From an uncultured Dehalococcoidia bacterium (lineage in GTDB: Bacteria > Chloroflexota > Dehalococcoidia > Lucifugimonadales > UBA826), in the NCBI GenBank assembly GCA_964409595.1, contig CAYPDR010000018.1:123384-187383 (forward strand): 64,000 bases of DNA, given 5' to 3'. Shown piece by piece: positions 27,796-37,295 of this stretch; positions within the stretch are counted from its first letter, which is position 1; each line of letters begins with the position of its first letter. The notes under the pieces were generated by a model. That model had not been told where the DNA came from. It did not search any database and saw only the letters and a list, made by a program, of their open reading frames with translations. The translations under genes and the position numbers were made by a program.

Positions 27796-27804
27796 TGTTA
27801 GAAT
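27796..27804 (+). promoter_or_regulatory. extended -10 element TGTTAGAAT ending 6 nt before the MFS transporter ATG (leaderless geometry)
   Basis: TGTTAGAAT occupies 27796-27804 and the ATG is at 27811. There is no Shine-Dalgarno sequence in between. Confidence 0.35.
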
Positions 27805-27810
27805 CTCTTA

Positions 27811-29112
27811 ATGCACTTGATATACAAAGTTGCTAATTGGACTCCAAAGACGCGGTTTTATTACGGTTGGATTGCCATAGCTGTTGGCGCATTGGGGACA
27901 TACGCTGCAACTGGAGGAGCCCAGGTAACCCTCGCAGGCATTCAAACCTTAATATTTGACGATACCGGTTGGAGTCAAAGTACTGTGGCTCTTGGTGTGA
28001 CAATCGGCACATGGACTGCTGGATTGCTAACACCTATCTTTGGAAAAATAGCGGACCGTAGCGGACCACGAATCGTTATGGCTTTTGCAGCAATCACTAC
28101 GGGGGCGTGCTTTATCTGGATCGGCGGCATGTCGACCATATGGCATTTTTACGTAGCCTACATAATTGCACGCGGTCTGGGAAATCCTGCGTTAATCGGA
28201 GTTGTGCCACGAACAGTGGCAGTTAATTTCTTTCGGCGACGAAGAAACTTAGCATTGGGCCTTGTTTCGATGGCACGGCCTTGTTTCGGAGCTATAAACG
28301 TTCAGTTAGTCACATTTATTGCTATGTGGTCAAGTTGGCGTCATGCCTATCGTATGTTGGGTGTGTACTCTATCATCCTGTCGATCCCACTTCTGATACT
28401 GATGAGACGCCGTCCCGAAGATATAGGTCTGCTCCCAGACGGAGACAGTCAAAAAGAATCAACTTCGTCACCGACAAAAAAAATAGGGGGTGTCAAAGAA
28501 AAACATCATGTTACTGAATGCAGCTGGAACGCCAATCAAGCTGTCCGTTCCACCACACTATGGGTTATTATCTCAGCGGAATTTTTGATTATCCTTACAT
28601 CAGGCACCATAGGTTTCCAATTGGTACCGTACCTAACTGACTCAGGAATGTCCATACGTTCAGCAGCAGCAGCTTGGAGTTTAAGTTCATTACTTAATGC
28701 ATTCGCTAACCCCTTTTGGGGGATATTAGCTGACAAATACTCGCCGCGAACTTTAATCCTTTCAGCAATTCCTCTGTGTCTATTCGTAACCTCTCTATTT
28801 CTGTTAGTCAGTGGAGGTGCAGCTACTTTCACTTGTGTAGCCATCTGGGGCGCGACAAGCGGTGGTTTAAACGTCTTAGGTGGCATGATAATCGCAAATT
28901 ATTATGGTAGAGAACATTTCGGGACGATCTCTGGCATAATGGGCCCGTTTCAAACATGTGGACTCGGGCTAGGTCCTATACTAGGCGCACTAATTCTCAA
29001 CGTAGAGGGTGGCTATCGAACGCTTTTCTTTTTTGCTATTGCCGCATACATTACCGCAATAGGGCTATTTATTCTCGCAAGAAAACCGAAGCGACGAATT
29101 TGCCGATGCTAG
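27811..29112 (+). CDS. MFS transporter
   Basis: 433 aa with about 12 hydrophobic segments. An MFS loop motif GKIADRSGPR lies between TM2 and TM3, and there is a central hydrophilic loop. Confidence 0.85.
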   Translation: MHLIYKVANWTPKTRFYYGWIAIAVGALGTYAATGGAQVTLAGIQTLIFDDTGWSQSTVALGVTIGTWTAGLLTPIFGKIADRSGPRIVMAFAAITTGACFIWIGGMSTIWHFYVAYIIARGLGNPALIGVVPRTVAVNFFRRRRNLALGLVSMARPCFGAINVQLVTFIAMWSSWRHAYRMLGVYSIILSIPLLILMRRRPEDIGLLPDGDSQKESTSSPTKKIGGVKEKHHVTECSWNANQAVRSTTLWVIISAEFLIILTSGTIGFQLVPYLTDSGMSIRSAAAAWSLSSLLNAFANPFWGILADKYSPRTLILSAIPLCLFVTSLFLLVSGGAATFTCVAIWGATSGGLNVLGGMIIANYYGREHFGTISGIMGPFQTCGLGLGPILGALILNVEGGYRTLFFFAIAAYITAIGLFILARKPKRRICRC

Positions 29113-29214
29113 AAAGTCAGAAATAAGATGGCGAGTAGCTTATCCTCAACCGCACATTAAAAAGAAAACGTCAACTTGAATAAACCTTGAGTTTGGGAGC
29201 GTCCAAAGTTACCA

Positions 29215-30339
29215 ATGAAGTCGTTTCATAAATCAGAAGTCGTCGTCGTGGGTGGCGGCATTGTTGGGTGTGCAGCGGCGTATTATCTGACCAAAGAAGG
29301 CGCAAGGGTTACTATCATCGAACGTGAAGGACTCGCGAACCAAGCCTCGGGCTACTCTGCAGGTATGCTCAATCCGTTGACAGGAATAGGAATTCCCGGC
29401 GCCTTGCAAAAGATCGCCATGGCATCGTTCCAAATGCATCTGAATCTTTGGGATAACCTGATGTCTGAAACAGGTTTTGACTTCAACCCAAGTAGAAGAC
29501 CTTCTATAGATCTGGTTTTCAACGAGTCCGACCGTTCGTCGTTGGAACGAGTTTACAGAACATGCGAAGACACAGAAGGGTTTAAGGCTCAGTGGCTTGG
29601 GGGTTCAGAAATAAAATCTATAAGCTCCAAAATCTCTACAGAGGTGATTGGTGGGCTCTACACTTGGGGAAATGGTTCACTGGATAGCATGCTATTAACT
29701 AGAGCCCTAGCGAGTTCTGCCATTACATCCGGCTCTAACCTCCTCGAGACCAATGTAGTAGGTGTGGTAAACCAATACGGTCGCATAACCGGTGTAAGCA
29801 CTAAGGAAGGCATTATAGAATGTGATGAAGTAGTTTTCGCCCAAGGACCGTGGTCCAACGAAATCGAAAATTGGTTAGGCATCCGCATTCCGGTAAGTCC
29901 ACTTAAGGGGCAAATATTACGAACCCGTCTGATAAACGTGGAAACCTATCCGGACTACGATCTTTCCCACGAAGGCATATCTCTATACAGAAAGTCGAAC
30001 GAGATGGTTTGGATCGGAGCTACTGAAGAGAATCGAGGATACGACATCACTCAGACAGTTGAAGCCAGGGACACGCTGATGGATAGAGCATCGGTGATAG
30101 TCCCCTCTATTAATGAGTCCGAAATCATCAAGCACACTGTCTGCCTAAGACCTATCACTCCTGACTGGCTGCCTATAATCGGAAAGGCGCCTGGTTGGAC
30201 CAACGCATGGCTCGCTACTGGTGCAGGTAAGAAAGGCATCCTTCTTGGTCCAGCAATCGGTAAGTCAATATCTGACTTAATCACCAAGAAATCAACTGGA
30301 ATACCAATAAACGGGTTTGAACCTGAGAGGTTCCAGTGA
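29215..30339 (+). CDS. FAD-dependent oxidoreductase (DAO / glycine-sarcosine oxidase-like family)
   Basis: VVVVGGGIVGCAAAYYLTKEGARVTIIE is a dinucleotide-binding motif. The 374-aa length and C-terminal pattern fit the DAO family. Confidence 0.8.
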   Translation: MKSFHKSEVVVVGGGIVGCAAAYYLTKEGARVTIIEREGLANQASGYSAGMLNPLTGIGIPGALQKIAMASFQMHLNLWDNLMSETGFDFNPSRRPSIDLVFNESDRSSLERVYRTCEDTEGFKAQWLGGSEIKSISSKISTEVIGGLYTWGNGSLDSMLLTRALASSAITSGSNLLETNVVGVVNQYGRITGVSTKEGIIECDEVVFAQGPWSNEIENWLGIRIPVSPLKGQILRTRLINVETYPDYDLSHEGISLYRKSNEMVWIGATEENRGYDITQTVEARDTLMDRASVIVPSINESEIIKHTVCLRPITPDWLPIIGKAPGWTNAWLATGAGKKGILLGPAIGKSISDLITKKSTGIPINGFEPERFQ

Positions 30340-31250
30340 GGAAATATACACAATCTATCTTAGTGAATTATCGTTTAGCTGCTTGGTTTTTAGCTATCTT
30401 CATAATCGCCACAGGTTGCTCCAATATTCCCGACCGCCAATCCAAAAAACCCTACAAGATAGATGAGCACTTGAGAATTGCCCTCGCGGTAACCGACATT
30501 TCTGTAGGCGATAATCGACTAGCTTTCGGGATTATTGATAGGGGTATAGGTCCTGTCCAAAATGAGTTAATAAATCTGGAAATCTTTTTTTTGGACGGCC
30601 CCAATCCTGAAAAAGTTGCGGGTGAAAGTTCAACACGGTTTCGATCCTGGCCTTCAACTCAAGGCGGCGTTTATACATCAAATATGAATTTCCCTCATCC
30701 TGGTTCATGGGGAGTAGTGGCAACTATAGTAGGTAAAGAAGGTTCCTACCGGCGCGCAAGCACGCGACTCAATGTAACAAAACACCCTACAGCACCCGCC
30801 ATCGGACAAGCCGCACCATTATCCCTTACAAAAACGGCTACCACCGGAGACGAGCTGGCTAAGATCACATCAGCCATAAATCCGCATCCACCTCTATACA
30901 AAATCTCGGCAGCGGACGCGGTAAAATCCGGTAAACCTTCCGTAATTTTGTTCGCCACTCCTGCCTTTTGCAAAACAGCGACTTGTGGTCCACAGCTCGA
31001 AATACTCACCTCACTTCAAATGGAGTTGGGGAATAAAGTCAATTTCGTTCATGTAGAGATCTATGACAATCCTGATGAGATACGTGGGGATATAACAAAA
31101 GGGATAATTTCCGACGAAGTAAGAAAATGGAATTTACCGAGCGAACCGTGGACTTTCTTAATTTCGTCTGATGGGATCATATCGGCGCGATTCGAAGGAT
31201 TAGCAACATCACAGGAAATAAAAGAAGCACTACATCCAATTATGAATTGA
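30336..31250 (+). CDS. putative lipoprotein with C-terminal thioredoxin-like fold (CxxxxC)
   Basis: Signal peptide with lipobox IIATGC. The C-terminal VILFATPAFCKTATCGP...WNLPSEPWTFLIS looks thioredoxin-like or redoxin-like. GTG start overlaps the upstream TGA (GTGA). Confidence 0.55.
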   Translation: MRKYTQSILVNYRLAAWFLAIFIIATGCSNIPDRQSKKPYKIDEHLRIALAVTDISVGDNRLAFGIIDRGIGPVQNELINLEIFFLDGPNPEKVAGESSTRFRSWPSTQGGVYTSNMNFPHPGSWGVVATIVGKEGSYRRASTRLNVTKHPTAPAIGQAAPLSLTKTATTGDELAKITSAINPHPPLYKISAADAVKSGKPSVILFATPAFCKTATCGPQLEILTSLQMELGNKVNFVHVEIYDNPDEIRGDITKGIISDEVRKWNLPSEPWTFLISSDGIISARFEGLATSQEIKEALHPIMN

Positions 31251-31353
31251 TGACTGGGCAATGTCAGTGAGTGATAAAATGGGAATTTGGCTCGTCCTTG
31301 TGTGTCACGGACTAGTCCTTTTTACTACCTGAAATATTTATTGGTCGTAACCG

Positions 31354-34300
31354 ATGGAGCATATGGGCATCCACACTGTCACAAAATTATTGGAACTAGC
31401 ACCGGCGTACAAACAGATGGCCAAATCCTTGCGGCATGCAACTACATTGACAAGAACCCAGGTCATCGATGAGGCAGTTCCTTTCCTTTTGGCGACATTG
31501 TGGAAGGATTTACAAGTTCCAATATTAGTAATTTGTCCTTCGAGCGAACAATCACGAACTCTTGAAGAAAATATTTCTGGGTGGGTCGAAACAAAAGATT
31601 CCGTTCTAAGATTTGGTGAGAGCGACACCCTACCATTTGAACGTCTCGTAACCGATTCAGAGACCTCACAACAAAGAATACATACCCTTTTTCAACTAAC
31701 AAAAAAAGACAATTCGCCTCCCATTGTGATCGCTTCGGCCGCGGCGATGTGCCAAACCACAATCCAACGAGAGATATTTGAAAATAACAGTCAGACGTTA
31801 AGGAAAGGGGACGAAATAACCATTGAGGATATCTCCTTATATTGGCAAGAGATGGGTTATGCTTTCCAACCAACTGTCGGTTCCCCTGGTGAGGCAAGCC
31901 GGCGTGGCGGCATACTCGACATTTATCCTCTCAGCTCAGAATATCCATTCCGTATAGAACTTTGGGGAGATGAGATAGACAGTATTCGGACGTTTGACCC
32001 CAACTCACAACGTTCCATTGAAGAGGTTGAGTCTATGGAGGTGATTCCCGCCAGAGAGACCCTTCCCACATTAATGGATCTTGAAAAAGTAGATCGACTC
32101 CTATCCCGAATTGACCTCTCTAACTGCTCTAAGGAAGAAACCCAGCGAATTAACGGGGAAATTGACCTGCTTCTTGATGGTCACGATATAGAAGATCTAG
32201 GACTTTTCGCGGGATTTTTTAACCATGGAAACCTGTTAGATTATTTTCCACACGAAGGTCTAGTTGCTATTTACAGGCCCGAAAACGTCGCTGGTGCCGC
32301 TTGGGACATTGAGGAACGGGTACAACAACTAAGGCACGTAAAGGAGAATAGAGGAGAGCTACCGTATAACTTCCCCTCAAATCACTTAGCATGGCACGCT
32401 CTTGAGTCATCAATTGAAGATAGAGCACGTCGATTATTGATAATGCCTTGGGGCGCTGATGATCTTGTTGTGCAAGATATGCACATCATGCCTTTCAGTT
32501 CCCCACCCACCTACAGAGGCGATGTTGATTCGATGGCAAATGAAGCGGAAACGTTTGTGGAAAGAGGCGGTAGCTTTATCGCCTCAACAGCGCATTCAAA
32601 AAGGCTAGGAGAGTTGTTTAGCGAAAAAAACATTCCCTATTCGGTATCCAAAAATATGTCCGCAACACCTAAGAATGGAACGATAACCCTTATTCAAACT
32701 GGGACTGAGAATATCGGAAAAGGTTTCGTGGTGAACAACCCGGAGCGCAGGTTCATTCTGCTAGGTGACTCTGAAATATTCGGGAGGACAAAACAGCGTC
32801 GGTCCGCAAGACGGCAAACCGCAAGAAGAGAAGCTTTTTTTGACGAAATCTCTCCAGGCGACTACGTAGTTCATGTAGAACACGGGATAGCCCGTTTCAC
32901 TGGGACTGGAAAAAGAAGAGAAAAAGTCAGTCAATCAGGGGGCGACTCCCAAGAATATCTGATACTAGAGTATTTTCAAGGAGACCGATTATATGTGCCA
33001 TTAGACCACCTTGACAGAGTAGCCCCGTATGTTGCTCCGATGGAGCGTGCGCCATCCCTAACAAGACTTGGGACACAGGAATGGAATCGTGTTAAATCCA
33101 AAGTTGAAAAATCAACAAGGGAGATGGCTGAAGATCTACTCGCATTATATGCCGAAAGGGAGATCGCTGAAGGCCATTCAATAGGTCCCGATACTCGTTG
33201 GCAAACAGAGTTGGAAGAGTCATTCCCTTACCAAGAAACCCCAGATCAAGTTTCGACTCTAGCTGAAATCAAGTCGGACCTCGAAGCTTCAACTCCTATG
33301 GATAGGCTAGTATGCGGCGATGTTGGATATGGCAAGACAGAAATAGCTTTGAGAGCGGCTTTTAAAGCTGTGATGGACGGAAAACAGGTAGCTGTGCTAG
33401 TACCAACCACAATTCTAGCCCAGCAGCACTATGAGACATTCTCTGGAAGAACTTCCGCCTTCCCGGTGAAGATAGAAGTTCTTAGTAGATTTAGAACAGA
33501 GAAAGAACAAAAAAATGTTGTAGAACGCTTGAACCGTGGAGAAATCGACATATGTATTGGGACCCATCGTCTAGTACAAAAAGATGTAAATTTCAAGGAC
33601 TTGGGCCTAATCATCATTGACGAAGAACAACGATTCGGAGTCGCACATAAGGAACGTCTAAAGCAAATGCGCAGCCAGGTGGACGTACTTACATTGACTG
33701 CAACCCCGATACCGAGAACTCTTCACATGTCGCTCGCCGGTGTGAGAGACATGAGCACAATAGAGACACCACCAGAAGAGAGACTCCCCATAAAGACGTA
33801 TGTATCAGAATTCAGTGACGACCTGATACGCGAAGCCATTCTTAGAGAGTTGGACAGAGAAGGGCAAGTCTATTTTCTACACAACCGTGTCTACAACATA
33901 GAATACATATCAGAATATATTGGTCTGTTGGTACCTGACGCGAGAGTTGGCATAGCCCATGGGCAAATGTCAGAGGGTGAACTGGAAAAATCTATGTTGG
34001 CTTTCACTCGAGGGGAAATAGATGTCTTAGTTTGTACCACAATAATAGAGTCCGGTTTGGATATCCCCAACGCAAACACGCTAATAATTAATCGAGCTGA
34101 CGGATTCGGTCTTGCCCAGTTATATCAATTACGTGGCAGAATCGGCAGAAGCTCACGAAGAGCGTATTCTTACTTGTTAATACCCAAGGCTCAAGCCCTC
34201 ACTGAATCTGCTGAGAGGCGTCTAAAGGCCATGCTCTCTGCTACAGAACTTGGTTCAGGGTTTCGAATTGCCATGAAAGATCTAGAAATCCGCGGTGCTG

Positions 34301-34938
34301 GCAACATTTTGGGAGCTGAACAAAGCGGCCACATTCACGCGGTTGGCTTTGACCTTTACACTCGACTTCTCTCAACCGCAGTAGAGGATCTTAGAGCGCA
34401 AAAATCGACAGGGTCCGAAGGAGGAAAAGAGCCCGCTAAGATAACAAACCCCTTGGTTAATGTTAACCTGAGAATACCGGCCGGAATACCGCAGGAATAT
34501 ATACCAGACCTAACTACGAGATTGGCACTTTATCAGAGATTGGCAAAAACGACGTCAGTCGAAGAGGTCAACTCGATAGAGAGCGAGTTGAAAGATAGGT
34601 TCGGGCCAATTCCTTGGCAAGCAGTTAATCTATTGTACACAACGAGACTCAAACTCAAAGCCCAGAAAAGTGGAGCGGAATCAATCGTACGTACCGGAGA
34701 TAAAATCACCTTGCAGTTCTCCCACGAAGTTAGCAGTGCCAGCACGATACTCGCAAAGCTCTTGGGTTATCGCTGGACGATCGGAAATAAACAAATACGC
34801 ACTACCATTGATGGACTTGGTGACGATTGGGAAAACCAGCTTATTGACGCGGTCGACAAATTAGGCGACTTCCAACGTGATATGACAGCTCGATTCAAGG
34901 AAGCTTCAGAAGGTGATTTTCAACGTAGTACTCTTTGA
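31354..34938 (+). CDS. mfd: transcription-repair coupling factor
   Basis: 1194 aa. UvrB-homology N-terminus, an RNAP-interacting domain (GDYVVHVEHGIARF), SF2 translocase motifs GDVGYGKTE, DEEQRFG and QLRGRIGRS, and a TRG-type C-terminus. Confidence 0.95.
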   Translation: MEHMGIHTVTKLLELAPAYKQMAKSLRHATTLTRTQVIDEAVPFLLATLWKDLQVPILVICPSSEQSRTLEENISGWVETKDSVLRFGESDTLPFERLVTDSETSQQRIHTLFQLTKKDNSPPIVIASAAAMCQTTIQREIFENNSQTLRKGDEITIEDISLYWQEMGYAFQPTVGSPGEASRRGGILDIYPLSSEYPFRIELWGDEIDSIRTFDPNSQRSIEEVESMEVIPARETLPTLMDLEKVDRLLSRIDLSNCSKEETQRINGEIDLLLDGHDIEDLGLFAGFFNHGNLLDYFPHEGLVAIYRPENVAGAAWDIEERVQQLRHVKENRGELPYNFPSNHLAWHALESSIEDRARRLLIMPWGADDLVVQDMHIMPFSSPPTYRGDVDSMANEAETFVERGGSFIASTAHSKRLGELFSEKNIPYSVSKNMSATPKNGTITLIQTGTENIGKGFVVNNPERRFILLGDSEIFGRTKQRRSARRQTARREAFFDEISPGDYVVHVEHGIARFTGTGKRREKVSQSGGDSQEYLILEYFQGDRLYVPLDHLDRVAPYVAPMERAPSLTRLGTQEWNRVKSKVEKSTREMAEDLLALYAEREIAEGHSIGPDTRWQTELEESFPYQETPDQVSTLAEIKSDLEASTPMDRLVCGDVGYGKTEIALRAAFKAVMDGKQVAVLVPTTILAQQHYETFSGRTSAFPVKIEVLSRFRTEKEQKNVVERLNRGEIDICIGTHRLVQKDVNFKDLGLIIIDEEQRFGVAHKERLKQMRSQVDVLTLTATPIPRTLHMSLAGVRDMSTIETPPEERLPIKTYVSEFSDDLIREAILRELDREGQVYFLHNRVYNIEYISEYIGLLVPDARVGIAHGQMSEGELEKSMLAFTRGEIDVLVCTTIIESGLDIPNANTLIINRADGFGLAQLYQLRGRIGRSSRRAYSYLLIPKAQALTESAERRLKAMLSATELGSGFRIAMKDLEIRGAGNILGAEQSGHIHAVGFDLYTRLLSTAVEDLRAQKSTGSEGGKEPAKITNPLVNVNLRIPAGIPQEYIPDLTTRLALYQRLAKTTSVEEVNSIESELKDRFGPIPWQAVNLLYTTRLKLKAQKSGAESIVRTGDKITLQFSHEVSSASTILAKLLGYRWTIGNKQIRTTIDGLGDDWENQLIDAVDKLGDFQRDMTARFKEASEGDFQRSTL

Positions 34939-34939
34939 T

Positions 34940-35662
34940 TTATGTAACTGACAGAGACTCGATCTGATCAATCGCCATATCAAGTTCTTTCATGGAACTT
35001 ATACGAGGACACCTATTAAAGCCTAAATGGTTGCAGTCCCTATCTAATAGAATGGGAGAGATGCCTATTTTTTCCGCGCCCTCTATATCTGACCCGATCT
35101 GATCTCCGACATGAACTGACTCGTTGACATTCGACTTAGCTCTCTTTAATGCCTCTAGGAAGATCGGCGGATGCGGCTTCTCAGAACCGATCTCGTAGGA
35201 TGTAACTGCAAAATCAATCAGCCCCGCGAGATCGAATTTCTTCAAAAGCTCTAAACCAGGTTGATTCATATTTGAGAGTACTCCCAGCTTCATACCTCTA
35301 TCTTTGAGAATGTTTAAGGCGGGGTTCACATCCTCAAAGATAACCATATCGTAAGGAATGGCTCGCACGGCCACCCAAATTTGCCCAGCAGTTTCAAGGT
35401 CTACTTCTACGCCCGAACCTGCTAACACTCGAGATTCGTATTCTCTGAAAAATTCTTCTACATCTCTTTTGCTACGTTCCCTTAACGGTCTAACTGAATT
35501 TTGCTCTGTCATGTAAGCATCGGCCTTACCGTAGCCCCTAGCAGTTCCCTCCTCAGTTAATGCCACTCCAAAGGCTTCACAGGCCTCAGATTGGATTTGA
35601 AACCTAGTCGGTTTAAAACCAGCTAGCGTGCCATAGAGATCGAAAAAAATTGACGTGATCAT
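34940..35662 (-). CDS. HAD-superfamily hydrolase, subfamily IA
   Basis: Motif I FFDLYGTL, motif II LSN, motif III KP and motif IV VGDQIGSDIEGA. Confidence 0.8.
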   Translation of the reverse strand: MITSIFFDLYGTLAGFKPTRFQIQSEACEAFGVALTEEGTARGYGKADAYMTEQNSVRPLRERSKRDVEEFFREYESRVLAGSGVEVDLETAGQIWVAVRAIPYDMVIFEDVNPALNILKDRGMKLGVLSNMNQPGLELLKKFDLAGLIDFAVTSYEIGSEKPHPPIFLEALKRAKSNVNESVHVGDQIGSDIEGAEKIGISPILLDRDCNHLGFNRCPRISSMKELDMAIDQIESLSVT

Positions 35663-35727
35663 ATAGGCCTATAATAACAGGAGATCTTCGAAATAATATC
35701 AGCGGTTCAATTTTTAGTACATTTAGT

Positions 35728-36771
35728 TTGCAAGCATGGAAAAGGCCTATGCAAGCGGGAAAGCTTCCCCTTAAACAACTCTCCAGAATACTTAGTAACA
35801 TTTCTAATAGCGATCCCCGGGTGTCTCTTGGACCTGCTCCAGGAGAAGACGCGGCCCTAATCGACATGGGTGAAAAGTACTTAGTAGCGAAAACAGACCC
35901 AATCACATTTGCAACCAGTAGAATTGGATGGTACGCCGTTCAAGTCAATGCAAACGACATAGCGGTGATGGGTGGCACCCCTAAATGGATGATGGCAACC
36001 GTTCTACTCCCAGAGAAAACTTCCGAGGCGGAAGTCGATTCTATCTTCGCTCAAATGAATGATGCGTGCCGCGCCATTGGTATCACGCTTATTGGTGGTC
36101 ACACGGAAGTTACCTACGATCTACCCCGACCGATAATCACAGGTGTAATGCTAGGCGAAGTCGAAAAAGGGAAAGAGGTAAGATCTTCTGGAGCAAGTGA
36201 GGGTGACTCCATAATTATGACTAAAGCCATAGCTATAGAAGGATGTGCGGTCCTTGCCGCAGAAGCGGAAAACCAATTACTGAAAGCAGGAGTCTCAGAA
36301 TACCATGTCCAAGCTGGGAAATACCTCCTGGATGACATCGGCATCAGCATAATCAAAGACGCTGAGACAGCGCTTAAGTCCGGAAAAGTAACTGCAATGC
36401 ATGATCCAACAGAGGGAGGAATAGCTGGAGGTCTCAGAGAATTAGCAGAAGCATCAAACTTAGGAATGCACATTGAGCAAGAGACGATAGAAGTGACAGC
36501 GCTTACCAGAAGATATTGCAAAGCGTTGAACCTGAACCCGTTAGGTCTGCTCGCCTCCGGAACGCTGTTGATTTGCGTCGACCCCAAGGATGAATCCTCT
36601 GTAATCGAAGCGCTTCACGTCGAGGGTATTTCTTCGCACGTGATCGGCCAATTACGTGAACATTCCTATGGCGTCAAGATAAACTTACTGGGCAATAAAA
36701 AAAATCTCCCCAACTTCGAAAGAGACGAAATAGCGAGATTACTTTCGACAGAGAACTTGTTTACCGAATGA
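35728..36771 (+). CDS. AIR synthase-related (PurM/ThiL/HypE/SelD-like) protein
   Basis: GEDAALI...KTDPITF...VNANDIAVMGGTP...LIGGHTE is the PurM-fold ATP-binding pattern, as in selenophosphate-synthetase-related proteins. The alternative start ATG 35749 is possible. Confidence 0.65.
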   Translation: MQAWKRPMQAGKLPLKQLSRILSNISNSDPRVSLGPAPGEDAALIDMGEKYLVAKTDPITFATSRIGWYAVQVNANDIAVMGGTPKWMMATVLLPEKTSEAEVDSIFAQMNDACRAIGITLIGGHTEVTYDLPRPIITGVMLGEVEKGKEVRSSGASEGDSIIMTKAIAIEGCAVLAAEAENQLLKAGVSEYHVQAGKYLLDDIGISIIKDAETALKSGKVTAMHDPTEGGIAGGLRELAEASNLGMHIEQETIEVTALTRRYCKALNLNPLGLLASGTLLICVDPKDESSVIEALHVEGISSHVIGQLREHSYGVKINLLGNKKNLPNFERDEIARLLSTENLFTE

Positions 36772-36833
36772 GGGCTAGGACATAGAATCGTATTTCAGGG
36801 ACTACGATTACATCATCTAGAGGTATCCGATCA

Positions 36834-37274
36834 ATGAAAGTTCAAGGCGTTTACTCATTTAATGCTCCTGTTGACGTAGTTTGGAAAACGATCCAATCAC
36901 CAGAAGTATTATCCCATTGCATCCCTGGTTGCGAAACGTTCGTATCTGACGAGAAGAACTCCTACAAAGTAACCATAAAACTCCAAGTCGCTTCTATAAC
37001 CGGAAAATACACAGGTGAAGTCAAAATCACAGATGACTTGTATCCACATACGTACACCATGACCGTGGATGGTCGCGGACAGGGCGGGACAGTTAAAGCA
37101 TCCGGAGTGTTTTTATTCAAAGAGCATGGCTCTGTCACCGAAGTAACAGTAGAAGGAGACGCCCAAGTAAGTGGAATGGTAGCCCGAGTTGGACAAAGGA
37201 TATTGGGAGGAGCATCCAAAATGCTTATGAATCAATTTTTCTCATGCCTTAGCCAGCAGGTAGAAAAAAAGTGA
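36834..37274 (+). CDS. SRPBCC family protein (CoxG-like)
   Basis: 146 aa. The N-terminus MKVQGVYSFNAPVDVVWKTIQSPEVLSHCIPGCE and the GGASKMLMNQFF tail resemble carbon monoxide dehydrogenase subunit G. Confidence 0.7.
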   Translation: MKVQGVYSFNAPVDVVWKTIQSPEVLSHCIPGCETFVSDEKNSYKVTIKLQVASITGKYTGEVKITDDLYPHTYTMTVDGRGQGGTVKASGVFLFKEHGSVTEVTVEGDAQVSGMVARVGQRILGGASKMLMNQFFSCLSQQVEKK

Positions 37275-37295
37275 GCTCATTCAAGGATTTGCCAA

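Noticed and set aside
36786-36809. Hairpin AATCGTA-N10-TACGATT after the AIR-synthase-like gene, as an intrinsic terminator.
   Set aside because: No U-tract follows it. The stem is AT-rich and the next gene starts 25 nt later, so read-through is more likely.
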